64,000 nucleotides of DNA from an uncultured Candidatus Binatia bacterium (GTDB lineage: Bacteria > Desulfobacterota > Binatia > HRBIN30): contig CAZCGA010000013.1 in the NCBI GenBank assembly GCA_964498075.1, positions 8,665 through 72,664 of the forward strand, given 5' to 3'. The notes beneath the pieces were generated by a model. The model was given only the letters and a program-made list of their open reading frames with translations, did no database searches and had not been told where the DNA came from. Positions 55,662 through 64,000 of this stretch are shown piece after piece (the stretch's first letter is position 1; every line of letters starts with the position of its first letter). A program made the position numbers and the translations under genes.

Positions 55662-57185
55662 CTACGCCAAGCCGAGGCGGATGAGCTGGTCGTCCGGCGC
55701 TTCGATCGCCTGCAGCGCCGCGCGTAGCTGATCGGCCATGTCCTTCTCGACGCGCGACCCGGCAAGGTTATGTTCTTCTTTAGGGTCGTCACCGAGGTCG
55801 TAGAGGTGGTTGCCGCTGAAACGCCCGTAGGCCCAGTACGGCAGGAAGTCGCTGACGTCGAACGGCTGGCGGATCACCGGGACGCCGCTCCCCGGCATGC
55901 GATCGAGCCGGGCGCGGTCGTCGGGCAGCGGCAGGCGCAGGTTGAACTTGCCGTGGACGGGCATTGTCGACCAGCGGTTCGACCACATCGACAGCGGCGC
56001 GTTCGGTCCCGCCGGCGCGCGTGCGTACTTGTAGCGCCCGTCGATCAGGTGCACTTCACGTCCCCACACGCCGGCCAGCGCCGATTCGCGGACCGAGGTC
56101 GTCTCGCCCCGAATGAGCGGCACGAGCGAGCGTCCATGCGTGCGGTGCTGCACGCTGACGCCGAAGATGTCCAGAAGCGTCGCGCACAGATCGACGCTGG
56201 TGGTGAGCGCAGACCGGTTCCCCGGCGTCACGCCCGGCCACGCGATGAGCAGCGGAATGTGTCCCAGTGGCTCGTACACCGGCACCGGCGGCTTGCCCCA
56301 GATCTCCTTCTCACCGAGGTAGTGCCCGTGGTCGGTACAGACGATCACTGCGGTCGTGTCCCAAAGCTGCTGGCGATCGATGGCGTCGAGGATGCGGCCG
56401 AACCATGCATCGATCATCGTCAGCTTGGCGCCGTAGCAAGCGCGGATCTGCTGCGCCTGGCGCGGCGTGAGGACGCCGCGGGTGAACGCCTCGTCGGTGT
56501 AGGGCGGCCAGATGAGGTGTGGGCCCTCCCAGGTGGCGTCGTACATCGAAGCGTACGGCTCGGGAGTGTCGAACGGCTCATGCGGATCGAACTCGTCGAC
56601 GAACAGGAAGAACCGATCGTGGAGGCGCGCGTGCGCGTCGATCCAGCGTGCCGCCGCCGCCATCGTGCGCGGCCCCGGAAAATCCGCTGCGTCGCGAAAG
56701 TAGCCGCGCGAGTTGTCGTACGGCATGTGGCCACGGCCGAACGACGGCGCGCCGATCCAACTCGCGTCGGGCCGCGTCTTCCACGGGTCACTCTCGTGCC
56801 CGCGCAGATAGTCCCACGCCGTGAAGTCGGTGTGATAGTTCTCGCCGCCGGTCTCGAAGAGGTGCGGATGATCGGAGATCAGCACCGTCGTGACCTGGGC
56901 GTCACGCAGGTGCGCCGTGATCGCATGCTCCCAGATCTCGATGGAGCCCCACGGCTTCCAGAGGAAGTCGAGTGCGCCGCAGAGGATGTCGTGCCGCGCC
57001 GGCATGCACGGCAACGAGCCGGCGTAGTGCCTCTCGAAGCGCAGCGCCCGTTGCGCGAAACGATCGAGGTTCGGTGTGGCGAACTCGCTGCCGCCGTACG
57101 CACCCAGCAGGAGCCGGTTCAAGCTGTCCAGCAGCACGACGACGGCGTTCGTCGGCTGTGGCGGAGTCGTCTGCAGCTCGCTCAT
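55662..57185 (-). CDS. Sulfatase (formylglycine-dependent type), apparently cytoplasmic
   Basis: 'VVVLLDSLN' and the CxPxR motif 'LPCMPARHDIL'. No signal peptide is seen. Confidence 0.85.
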   Translation of the reverse strand: MSELQTTPPQPTNAVVVLLDSLNRLLLGAYGGSEFATPNLDRFAQRALRFERHYAGSLPCMPARHDILCGALDFLWKPWGSIEIWEHAITAHLRDAQVTTVLISDHPHLFETGGENYHTDFTAWDYLRGHESDPWKTRPDASWIGAPSFGRGHMPYDNSRGYFRDAADFPGPRTMAAAARWIDAHARLHDRFFLFVDEFDPHEPFDTPEPYASMYDATWEGPHLIWPPYTDEAFTRGVLTPRQAQQIRACYGAKLTMIDAWFGRILDAIDRQQLWDTTAVIVCTDHGHYLGEKEIWGKPPVPVYEPLGHIPLLIAWPGVTPGNRSALTTSVDLCATLLDIFGVSVQHRTHGRSLVPLIRGETTSVRESALAGVWGREVHLIDGRYKYARAPAGPNAPLSMWSNRWSTMPVHGKFNLRLPLPDDRARLDRMPGSGVPVIRQPFDVSDFLPYWAYGRFSGNHLYDLGDDPKEEHNLAGSRVEKDMADQLRAALQAIEAPDDQLIRLGLA

Positions 57186-58135
57186 GCGAGACTCAAGACG
57201 CGCTCCATGAAGTGCGTGCGAAAGCGTGTCGCGTCGACCGCCGTCGCGCAGCGCATGCGCCGCGTCGCCGGGCTCGCTCGATCACGCTCGAGCGTCCGGA
57301 ACACGCCATCCACGATAGCCGGCTCGATGTCGAGGTCCTCGAAGGTGCAGAACGACTCGTCGTACGCGCAAGCGAACGCCAGCGGATCGTGCAAGAAGGC
57401 GACGTTGTCGTCGTCGATCGAGGCGCCGTTGCCACCGAAGATTCGGCGCATGATCGGCGTCCAGGCGCGCACCGCGCGCGCCAGGGCTTGATGCAGCGGG
57501 GCGCGACTCGCCTCCAGTTGCGCCACGTCCGCTTGCGTTAGCCACACCTGCAGCGTGACGTCAGCGGTCACCAACCGCGTCGGGATGCCAGCCCGCAGCA
57601 CGGCGACCGACGCCTCCGGATCCGAGCACAAGTTGTAATCGACGCCCGGCGGGAACACGTGGCCGCCGTACGCAACGCGACGAATGTGGCCACCCATGAT
57701 CGTCAGACGCGCGATGCGCGGCGCGGCATCGGGGTGGCGGGCCAGCAGCATCGCGATGTTGGTCAGCGGTCCGACAGCGACGACCTCGAGCCCAGAATGG
57801 TCGTGCAAGAGCCGCGCGAGGGCATCGACCGCGGGCTCGGCGCTGATGTCGAGCGGCACGTCCGGATCCAGAATGCCCTTGCCTTCGTTGCCGAACCAGA
57901 CAAAGCGGTCCTCTCCGGCCACCGGGCCCTGGCACCCTGCGTACACCGCAATGTCTGCTCGGCCCGCCAGGTCGAGCAGCCGTCGCGAGATGCGGGCACG
58001 CAGCTGTGTGTCGCGGGTCACATGCGTGAGCGCCACGAGCTCGACGTCCGGCGCGGCCAGCGCCAAGGCCAAGCACAGCGAGTCATCGACGTCCGAGCCC
58101 ATGTCGGTATCGAGAATGATGATTCGACGGTTCAT
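57182..58135 (-). CDS. Nucleoside hydrolase (IUNH family)
   Basis: The N-terminal 'IILDTDMGSDVDDSLCLALAL' is the DxDxxxDD Ca/ribose-binding motif. Start and stop overlap both neighbouring genes. Confidence 0.85.
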   Translation of the reverse strand: MNRRIIILDTDMGSDVDDSLCLALALAAPDVELVALTHVTRDTQLRARISRRLLDLAGRADIAVYAGCQGPVAGEDRFVWFGNEGKGILDPDVPLDISAEPAVDALARLLHDHSGLEVVAVGPLTNIAMLLARHPDAAPRIARLTIMGGHIRRVAYGGHVFPPGVDYNLCSDPEASVAVLRAGIPTRLVTADVTLQVWLTQADVAQLEASRAPLHQALARAVRAWTPIMRRIFGGNGASIDDDNVAFLHDPLAFACAYDESFCTFEDLDIEPAIVDGVFRTLERDRASPATRRMRCATAVDATRFRTHFMERVLSLA

Positions 58136-59181
58136 CGCTCCTCCAGGTCGTCTGGGGTGTCCGGCGGATGACGCATCAGCCGCACGGCGAGATCGACGGC
58201 CGCCAGGGCAGTGTCGAGTCGGTCGACGGCTGCGACGCGAGCCGCGCCGATCGTGCGCCGCATGACCTCGATGCCGGCGTAGCGGGCGGCGTCGCGAAAC
58301 GCCGGCGGCAGCGTGTCCGCAAACGCCCTACCGTAGGCGCCCCACAGCGTCGCGGCCGCGGCGATTGCCGGACGGAGGTCGCCCTGTGCGATCGCCGGAA
58401 GCAGCAGGTGTGCGAGCAGCATGCCGACGTCGAACGCCGGATCGCCGACGTGCGCGATCTCGGCGTCGAGCAGCTTCGGCCCGGCCGACGCGAGCAGTAC
58501 GTTGCCTGCCTGCACATCGGCGTGTACGAGCGCGCCGTGCGGCTCGAGGTAGCGCGCGTAGGCGGCGTCGGCGATCGAGCGCAGGGCAGCATCGCGTTGC
58601 ACGGCTTCGGCACGCGCCCGCAGCTCGGGTGGCAGTGGAAAGTCATTGGGCCGAAAGGGCAGAAGGAAGATGTGGTCACCGTGCAGGCGGCGCATGTTGT
58701 CGTTGCGAAAGCGTGCAGCGAGGCCTGCGTCACGCGTCCCGGCATGCACCGCGCCGAGGAACACGCCCAGCGCACGCGCGGTGCCGTTGGCGTCGGCGCC
58801 ACGCAGGAGTGCGCAGTCCAGGCGCTCCGCATCGCCGAGGTCTTCGAGCACGAGCACCCGCTGCGTCGCGTCGAAGTGCAGCACCTCCGGGCACACGCGC
58901 TGCGCATCGAGGCGACTCGCAATCGCGAAGTAGCGCGCCTCGAAGACGATGCGCTCCGTGCTGGCTTGATACTGCGGAAACCGCTCGAGCGCGGGACGCG
59001 CCTGCTTGACGATCCACGAGCGCCCGGTGCGTGGCGCACGCACGCGCCGCACCCAATTGATGTTGCCGTCCCCGGCCGCTTCGACGTGCAGCTCGTCCGT
59101 TGCCGACGTCAGACCGAGTTGCCGCACGTAGCCGGGGAGGCTCGCATCGGTGAGCGATGTCTGGCCGTCGTCGGCACGCAT
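58132..59181 (-). CDS. MtnK-like (5-methylthioribose kinase family) phosphotransferase
   Basis: Start at the ATG at 59181. 'EAAGDGNINWVRRV', 'LVHADVQAGNVLL' and 'LLDAEIAHVGDPAFDVGMLLAHLLL' resemble MtnK motifs. Confidence 0.6.
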   Translation of the reverse strand: MRADDGQTSLTDASLPGYVRQLGLTSATDELHVEAAGDGNINWVRRVRAPRTGRSWIVKQARPALERFPQYQASTERIVFEARYFAIASRLDAQRVCPEVLHFDATQRVLVLEDLGDAERLDCALLRGADANGTARALGVFLGAVHAGTRDAGLAARFRNDNMRRLHGDHIFLLPFRPNDFPLPPELRARAEAVQRDAALRSIADAAYARYLEPHGALVHADVQAGNVLLASAGPKLLDAEIAHVGDPAFDVGMLLAHLLLPAIAQGDLRPAIAAAATLWGAYGRAFADTLPPAFRDAARYAGIEVMRRTIGAARVAAVDRLDTALAAVDLAVRLMRHPPDTPDDLEER

Positions 59182-59236
59182 GTCGTCGTTGGTTGTGGCC
59201 GAGTCATCTCGCCGATGCAAGCCGGCGCGTGGCACG

Positions 59237-60443
59237 CTAGCGGCGTTCGGACTCTGGAGTGTGATTGTCGCTGGGCATCGCCAGCGGCTTTTCCAAGACG
59301 CGTTCGGCGTGCGGCATTTCCACCTCGGTCTTCGTCCACTTGGCGATGAGGACCGACGTTGACCCGCGCTCGGAGTGCTCCAGGACGAGGTTGACGCTCC
59401 CTGAGGGTGGAAGCTGCTCGATGTCCGCCGCGCCCGCGAGCCCCCCGTGTATACGCCGCAGTGAACCTTGCGTCGGCACAAGCTCGACCGTTTCCGAGCT
59501 CTCGGACCCTTCGAGAATGACGTGGTCACCGACCATGATGCGGACGGTGCCGGCTTGCTGTGCCATGGCACGCGACACGGTCTGGTTGCCGCGGAGCAAG
59601 AGTCGCATTTGGTTGACGCAGTCGATGCCGTCGATGTCGACGGACCCGATGTTCACGCCGTCGGCGATCGGTCGAACCCGCCCTAGCGCGTAGCGGGCGC
59701 TCTGCAACCGCGTCCCCGCCTTCAGCTCCACCTCCGCGTTCGCCGGCAGGGGGAATTCGAGCGGCACGAAGCAGGCGTGGATCAGCTCCGTTCCACGCTC
59801 CTTGACGGCCAGCAGCGCCACCACCGGGCTGCCTTTGAGATCGGAGGGCATGTCGGACCGTTGTTGCCGGTCCGCCCTGCTGATGAACCCGGTAGGCGTA
59901 TCGTCCAGTCTCACGTCAATCCGGTCGTAGCTGGAGAGCGGCGGTGCGTCGCCGGCGGTCACGCCGCTGCCCTCGAAGGCGACGTCCTTTATCTCCAGCT
60001 TCGTCAGCCTGCCGTCGCGCTCGCCGGTGATACGGGCGTAGAACTGCCGGGCGATGCTCTGGTAGCCGTAGGCGCTGTAGTGGTCATGCGTCGCGACGTC
60101 GGGGAAGCCGCGAAAGGGATACGTCCCGACGGCGATCAGGTTGGGGCGGGCGACTTGGTTCGCAATGTCCACGATCGCCGCGGTGGGATGCAGCAGGACG
60201 ATCTGGCTGCCGCTGTCGGCCAGTTTGCGCAGGAGGATGCGGTACGTCGCAAACGCCTCCGCATCGATCGAGCCAGGGGTGCGTGTCCGGCGCAACATGC
60301 ACCGGTTTGTTCGCCACGCGCATCCGCTTCACGTACGGCCGCCAGCGAAACACGTAGTGCACCGCCAACAGGAACGCTAGCAAGTAGAGCCCGTAGAGCG
60401 GCACGAAGCCAATGCGCGCCGCGAGTCTGCGTCCGGCGTCCAT
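59237..60443 (-). pseudogene. Decayed paralogue 1 of the SGNH-like family (TM anchor joined out of frame to the C-terminal two-fifths; catalytic domain deleted)
   Basis: The ATG at 60443 gives 'MDAGRRLAARIGFVPLYGLYLLAFLLAVHYVFRWRPYVKRMR', which matches the N-termini of paralogues 2 and 3. From 60298, in another frame, '...GSIDAEAFATYRILLRKLADSGSQIVLLH...' aligns with residues ~235 onward of paralogue 2. There is no GDS block. Confidence 0.55.
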
Positions 60444-60516
60444 GTCCGGAGTGAGGTTCTTGCCGAGTCGCCGCGCGGATGCAAGCGGGTGAGAGGCGCT
60501 GCACGCGCCGAGTCGC

Positions 60517-62286
60517 TCACTGGCCGGCCGGTTGCGACCCGTCCGCAATCGACAACGGCTTCTCCAAGACGCGTTCGGCGCGCGGCATTTCCTCCACCCC
60601 TTTCTTCCACCTGCCGATACGAACCGACGTTGTTCCGTACTGGCGGTGGTGAAGAACGAGATTGATGTCGCCGGATGACTTGAGGTCGTCAACGTCCCCA
60701 GACGTCGCAAGCCCCGCCCGAATACGCCGTAGGGCCCCCTTGGCCGGTAGCAGCTCGACGCCTTCGGCTCCCATAAACCCTTTCAGCACGGCGTGCGCAC
60801 CGACCATGATCGTGAACGTACCGGCCTCCGCCGCTTGCCGCGACACGGTCCTGTTGCCCCGGAAGAAGAGCCGCCGTTGTGCCTTGCAGTCGATGCCCTC
60901 GATGTCGACGACGCCGATGTTCAACCCGTCGCCGATGAGTCGAACGTTTCCCAACGGATGGCCCACGGCGTTCCAGAGCATTCCCGCCTTCAGCACCACG
61001 TCCGCGTTTGCGTGCAGGCCAAAGTCGAGCGGCACGAAGCAAGCGTCGACCAGTTTCGTCTCAGGGGTCTTGAGGGCCAGCAACGCAACGATACCCTGTC
61101 CCTTCAAACTGGACGATGTGCCGGCACCTCGTTCCCAAAGCGGCGTGATGAAGAATCCGACGGGAGGATCGTCCAGCCTAACCTCGACCTCGTCATAGCT
61201 GGCGAGGGATGGCGCGTCGCGTCCACTCGCGACACTCTGGTTGAAGGGGACATCTTCGGTCTCCAAGACTGTGAGCTTGGTGTCGCGCTCGCCGGCAATG
61301 CGGGCGTAGAACTGCTCTGCAATGCTCTGATAGCCGTACGCGTTGTAGTGGTCGAACGAGGCGCGGTAGGGGAAGCGGCCCAGGCGATGAGTCTGGGCGG
61401 CGACGAAGTTCGGCATCCCAACCTGGTTGCCAAGGTCGACGACGGCTTCCTCCGAATGCAGCAGGACCACTTGCACGCCACTCGCGGCGAGCTTGCGAAA
61501 GAGAATGCGGTAGGTGGCGAAGGCTTCCTGCTGGATCGTTCCCCGGAAATAGTAGAAGGGGTTGCGAATCGTCTGCTCTCGCGGCAGCGCGGCGCGCAGC
61601 ACCGGCGGTGCGTTGCGGTCGTAGCGCAGGTACGTCCAGCGCGGGAAGAATCTGAAGTACTCGTCGAAGCGTTCCTGATGGGTGACGCCGAGTACCGGGA
61701 CGAAGCGCACGTCGTCGCCATCGAGGACGTAGCGTGCGTGCAAGAAGTAGGGGTGCCCCAGGTCGGTGTGGTTGAAGGTCACCTCACGCTCCCGGTAGAA
61801 GTTCCCTGGGCCGAGCAGCACGTAGTCGCACGAGAAGTGTCGTGCCACCGAGTCCCACAGCATGTACGTCTGGTGAAAGCCGTGCCAGGGGCCGCCGAAG
61901 TTGATGACCTCGACGCGCGCGCCGCCGCGCTCGTCGAAGAGTCTCTGGAGAGACGAAGGATAGTCATGGGTCTCGTCGACCTCGCTGCCGTAGGTGAACG
62001 AATCGCCCAAGGCGCACACGCGCACCGTCCCCGCGGCCTTGGCCGGCTCGAAGTGGATGAACGAGCTGTGCTTGTCGTGGAGCAGGCTCCCCAGCTGCCG
62101 CGCGACGTCGGCGTTGACGTAGCGGGTGGTCTCCGGTGCGCGCGTGGCCGGCCGCTGGACGTCGCGCATGCGCTTCACGAACGGCCGCCAGAGGAAGGCG
62201 TAGTGGACGGCCAACAAGAACGACACCAGGTAGAGGGCATAGAGCAACGCGGAGCCGATGCTCTTCGCCCACCGCCGCCTCTGCAT
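60517..62286 (-). CDS. Membrane-anchored SGNH/GDSL-like hydrolase or acyltransferase with ~250-aa beta-rich C-terminal domain (paralogue 2)
   Basis: TM anchor 'LLYALYLVSFLLAVHYAFLW'. Block I is 'VCALGDSFTYGSEV'. Block V-like is 'FDHYNAYGYQSIAEQF'. Length is 589 aa. Confidence 0.7.
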   Translation of the reverse strand: MQRRRWAKSIGSALLYALYLVSFLLAVHYAFLWRPFVKRMRDVQRPATRAPETTRYVNADVARQLGSLLHDKHSSFIHFEPAKAAGTVRVCALGDSFTYGSEVDETHDYPSSLQRLFDERGGARVEVINFGGPWHGFHQTYMLWDSVARHFSCDYVLLGPGNFYREREVTFNHTDLGHPYFLHARYVLDGDDVRFVPVLGVTHQERFDEYFRFFPRWTYLRYDRNAPPVLRAALPREQTIRNPFYYFRGTIQQEAFATYRILFRKLAASGVQVVLLHSEEAVVDLGNQVGMPNFVAAQTHRLGRFPYRASFDHYNAYGYQSIAEQFYARIAGERDTKLTVLETEDVPFNQSVASGRDAPSLASYDEVEVRLDDPPVGFFITPLWERGAGTSSSLKGQGIVALLALKTPETKLVDACFVPLDFGLHANADVVLKAGMLWNAVGHPLGNVRLIGDGLNIGVVDIEGIDCKAQRRLFFRGNRTVSRQAAEAGTFTIMVGAHAVLKGFMGAEGVELLPAKGALRRIRAGLATSGDVDDLKSSGDINLVLHHRQYGTTSVRIGRWKKGVEEMPRAERVLEKPLSIADGSQPAGQ

Positions 62287-62306
62287 CTCCGCGCTCGACC
62301 GCAGCG

Positions 62307-64000
62307 CTACTGCGGGGCCACGGCGGCGGACAACGGTATCTGCAGCGGCCGTCCCAGCGGTGCGATCTCCACTTCGGTCTTCATCCAGCGCGCGATCGGC
62401 ACTCGGGTCACGCCGTGCCGCGCGTCCTCGAGCACGAGGTTGATGTCCCCGGACGCCGGTAGCGTGTCGGGCATAGCAAAACCGAACTCGCCGGCACGAA
62501 TGAGTTGGATGTCACCGTTGACGGGTGAGAGCACGAGCCCCTCGGCATCGCCGGACCCCTTCAAGACCGGATGGTCGCCGACAAGAATCGTCACGCGGCG
62601 ACTGCCGGTGGACAGGTGCCGATGGTCGCGCAGGGTCAGTCGCTTCTGCCTGTCGATGCCGAAGCCGTCAATGTCTGCGACGCCGATGTTCACGGCTGCA
62701 TCGAGGCGCTGCACCCTGGCGAGCGGATGGCGATCCGCGGCGTCCGGGCCGCTGCTCGCGACGACCTCCATGTCCGGTTGCAGCGCAAAGTCGAGGGGCA
62801 GAAAGACCGCGTTCAACAGACTCATCTGCGGCTCTTTGATCGCCAAGAGCGACACCGCTCCACTGTGCTTCAGGCTGGACGCGGTTCCCTGCCCGCCGCT
62901 CAGAGTCTGCTCGCGGCGCGCGGAGACGAAGACGCCGACGGGGATATCGCCGACCCGTACGTCGATGCTAGCGTAGCTGGACACTGCAGGCGCGTCGGGC
63001 GCCGCCGAGCCGGCGGCGTTGCGCGGTATGTCACCCGTGCGCAGCACCGTCAGCGTGGCGTGCGTTTGGCCGGTGAGATGCGCATAGAACTGCTCGGCGA
63101 CGAGGTGATAGCCCCACGCGCTGCAATGGCCCTTTGGCGCGACATAGGGAAAGCTCTGCTGACGGAAGCCCTGCGCGCCGGTGACGTTGGGCATCTGCAC
63201 TCGATCGGCGAGCGCGACGATTGCATCTCGCCAGTGGAGCAGCACGATCTGGCTGCCGCCCTGCGCCAGCTTGCGCAGCAGGATGCGATAGGTGGCCAGC
63301 GCCTCCTCGTCCATCGTCCCCGGATAGTAGTAGAAGGGATTGGCAACCGTGCGGTCGCGCGGCAGCGCGGCACGCACGACCGGCGGCGCGTTGCTGTCGT
63401 AGCGCAGGTACTGCCAATGTGGAACGAATCGGAAGTACTCGTCGAAGCGCTCCAGGAGCGTGTTGCCGAGCACCGGGATGAGGCGGACATCGTCGCCGTC
63501 GAGGATGAAGCGTGCGTGCAGGTAGAAGGGCTCAAAGAGATTGGTGTGGTTGAAGGTGACATCCCGGTCGCTTTGGAAGCAGGAGGGACCGAGCAGGACA
63601 TAGTCGCACGAGAAGTGGCGGCCGACGAGATCCCACATGAGGTAGGCCTGGTGAAAGCCGTACCAGCCGTTGCCGAAGTTGAGGACCTCGACGTGTGCCG
63701 GGCCGCGCTGATCGAAGAGCTGCTGCAGCAGCGTCGGAAAGTCGTGGGTGTTGTCGACCTCCTCGCCGTGCGTGAAGGAGTCGCCGAAGGCGCACACGCG
63801 CGTGACGCCCGGCGGCTTCCTCTTGGGGAAGCGGACGAACGAGCTGTGCTTGTCAGGCCACACGCTGCCCAGCTGCCGCCAGGCGGCCGGGTCGACGTAT
63901 GACTGTGGGTGGTCGCCGCCCTTCAGATGGCGGTGGGCTTTGACGTATGGGCGCCAGAAGAAGACGTAGTGGACCGCCGCCAGGAACGCGAGCAGGTAGA
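62307..64000 (-). CDS. Membrane-anchored SGNH/GDSL-like protein (paralogue 3; 5' end beyond window)
   Basis: The frame stays open to nt 64000 ('...YLLAFLAAVHYVFFWRPYVKAHR...'). 'VCAFGDSFTHGEEV' and 'GHCSAWGYHLVAEQF' are present. It is collinear with paralogue 2 throughout. Confidence 0.7.
   Translation of the reverse strand, partial: YLLAFLAAVHYVFFWRPYVKAHRHLKGGDHPQSYVDPAAWRQLGSVWPDKHSSFVRFPKRKPPGVTRVCAFGDSFTHGEEVDNTHDFPTLLQQLFDQRGPAHVEVLNFGNGWYGFHQAYLMWDLVGRHFSCDYVLLGPSCFQSDRDVTFNHTNLFEPFYLHARFILDGDDVRLIPVLGNTLLERFDEYFRFVPHWQYLRYDSNAPPVVRAALPRDRTVANPFYYYPGTMDEEALATYRILLRKLAQGGSQIVLLHWRDAIVALADRVQMPNVTGAQGFRQQSFPYVAPKGHCSAWGYHLVAEQFYAHLTGQTHATLTVLRTGDIPRNAAGSAAPDAPAVSSYASIDVRVGDIPVGVFVSARREQTLSGGQGTASSLKHSGAVSLLAIKEPQMSLLNAVFLPLDFALQPDMEVVASSGPDAADRHPLARVQRLDAAVNIGVADIDGFGIDRQKRLTLRDHRHLSTGSRRVTILVGDHPVLKGSGDAEGLVLSPVNGDIQLIRAGEFGFAMPDTLPASGDINLVLEDARHGVTRVPIARWMKTEVEIAPLGRPLQIPLSAAVAPQ

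Noticed and set aside
55770-57491. 573-aa plus-strand ORF.
   Set aside because: It lies antisense to the sulfatase (CxPxR motif) and nucleoside hydrolase (DxDxxxDD) genes and has no recognisable motifs.
59182-59571. The 130-codon N-terminal extension of the MtnK-like ORF.
   Set aside because: It overlaps the 3' end of SGNH paralogue 1 in another frame and is Ser/Arg/Pro-rich. Kinase homology starts just after the ATG at 59181.
60793-62976. 727-aa ORF on the plus strand across the SGNH paralogue array.
   Set aside because: It is a shadow ORF. The minus-strand genes have TM anchors, GDS motifs, mutually collinear paralogy and sensible stop and start spacing, and the plus frame has none of these.

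Overview
This is a 64-kb stretch of a high-GC bacterial chromosome. Spot counts of single 60-nt lines give about 65-67 % GC. The taxon is not determinable here. A Cys-containing C-terminal sorting tail and delta-60-like repeats hint at Myxococcota/'delta'-like or related uncultured lineages. I support about 55 protein genes and found no rRNA, tRNA or CRISPR array.

Most of the window is ordinary metabolism:
- acyl-CoA dehydrogenase, two crotonases, a P450, an LLM/F420-type oxidoreductase, a nitroreductase, two SDR/MDR-type oxidoreductases, a CoA-transferase, GlgC, FolP, Lgt, GST, a sulfatase and a nucleoside hydrolase
- an ECF-type transporter (S component, fused EcfA1A2, EcfT)

Non-routine content:
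1. 31.56-39.85 kb: an ~8.2-kb insertion bracketed by a perfect 36-bp direct repeat that duplicates the 3' end of a DinB-family gene.
   - It carries one giant 2,128-aa ORF with an N-terminal Mrr-like PD-(D/E)xK nuclease signature, TPR-like repeats, a PIN-like central region and no P-loop.
   - It also carries a DUF433/DUF5615 toxin-antitoxin pair flanked by its own ~85-bp direct repeats, plus gene fragments.
   - This is my best candidate for an undescribed conflict/defence system.
2. 25.2-29.5 kb: a decayed accessory patch with a TA remnant, an intact DUF4258-like/DUF2283 pair, a truncated IS110 transposase, a minimal tyrosinase-like Cu protein, a frameshifted ceruloplasmin-like MCO and a flavoprotein.
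3. 59.2 to >64 kb: three tandem paralogues of a membrane-anchored SGNH/GDSL-like protein, one of them decayed.
4. Several very large secreted proteins:
   - a beta-propeller fused to a di-haem CCP-like module
   - a 16-repeat protein with a MYXO-CTERM-like tail
   - a Pro/Thr-rich protein with a dockerin-like tail
5. A family of nested-palindrome elements, one of which sits in frame (159 bp) inside the fused ecfA gene.

All functional calls rest on motif recognition by eye. No database search was possible.
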